Below are positions 63,623 through 64,000 of a stretch of 64,000 nucleotides of DNA, piece by piece. Source of the stretch: the human T2T-CHM13v2.0 reference genome, Homo sapiens. Position 1 is the stretch's first letter. The number at the start of each line of letters is the position of its first letter. The notes under the pieces were generated by a model. The model worked only from the letters and a program-made list of their open reading frames with translations. It did no database searches and was not told the origin of the DNA. A program made the translations under genes and the position numbers. The stretch lies in the NCBI RefSeq assembly GCF_009914755.1, contig NC_060926.1. One strand, given 5' to 3'.

Positions 63623-64000
63623 CTATAAACAAAAGTTGAGATAACATTTTTTAAAGAATCAGAAACTTTTCAAACTTTCATTCTAACTTATTTTTCCCCT
63701 CCCAAAGTTCCCCAATTATTTTTAATGTAAATTATTTACATTCTATCACATAGGCAGTAAATGTTTCTTTTGGAACTACACAGCTATAATGTGACAACAT
63801 TTTCAAAACTTAAATGTGGAAGAATGTACACTGTAGCATCACAAGCTTTCAGCTATCTGATTATCTTTCAGGCTAAAAGAAATCTGGAATGCTTCTATAA
63901 AAGAGGATTAAAAATTAACTTACGAAAAGAGAATCAGAGAATCATAAGATTTAGAGTTGGAAGAAACATCAGAAATGATATCAGTCAAAGTTCTTAACTA

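Overview
Primate (most likely human or great ape) nuclear DNA, not prokaryotic. The right half holds the 3' part of SESTD1 (SOLO) on the minus strand: nine coding exons with consistent splice phases (1242 nt, 413 aa plus stop, ending ...[10 protein letters not shown]; probably exons 10-18, numbering from recall), one GC-AG intron, and an apparent ~8 kb 3'UTR with several AATAAA signals. The left half is intergenic and mostly transposons. It contains a chimeric THE1/HERV-L/MLT2 element and a ~22.5 kb nest in which an old full-length L1MA hosts an L1PA7-like element (two Alus inside, RT core deleted), a complete THE1 provirus, an AluY and a full-length L1PA3/4. A U13 snoRNA retrocopy lies in a SESTD1 intron. 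I found no credible new multi-gene system. The best leads are a perfect 16-bp inverted repeat carrying octamer motifs at the two ends of the L1 nest, the MaLR/ERV-L recombinant, a templated 123-bp self-copy inside the old L1, and the weak GC donor. Repeat subfamily names come from recalled consensus sequences, not a database search.
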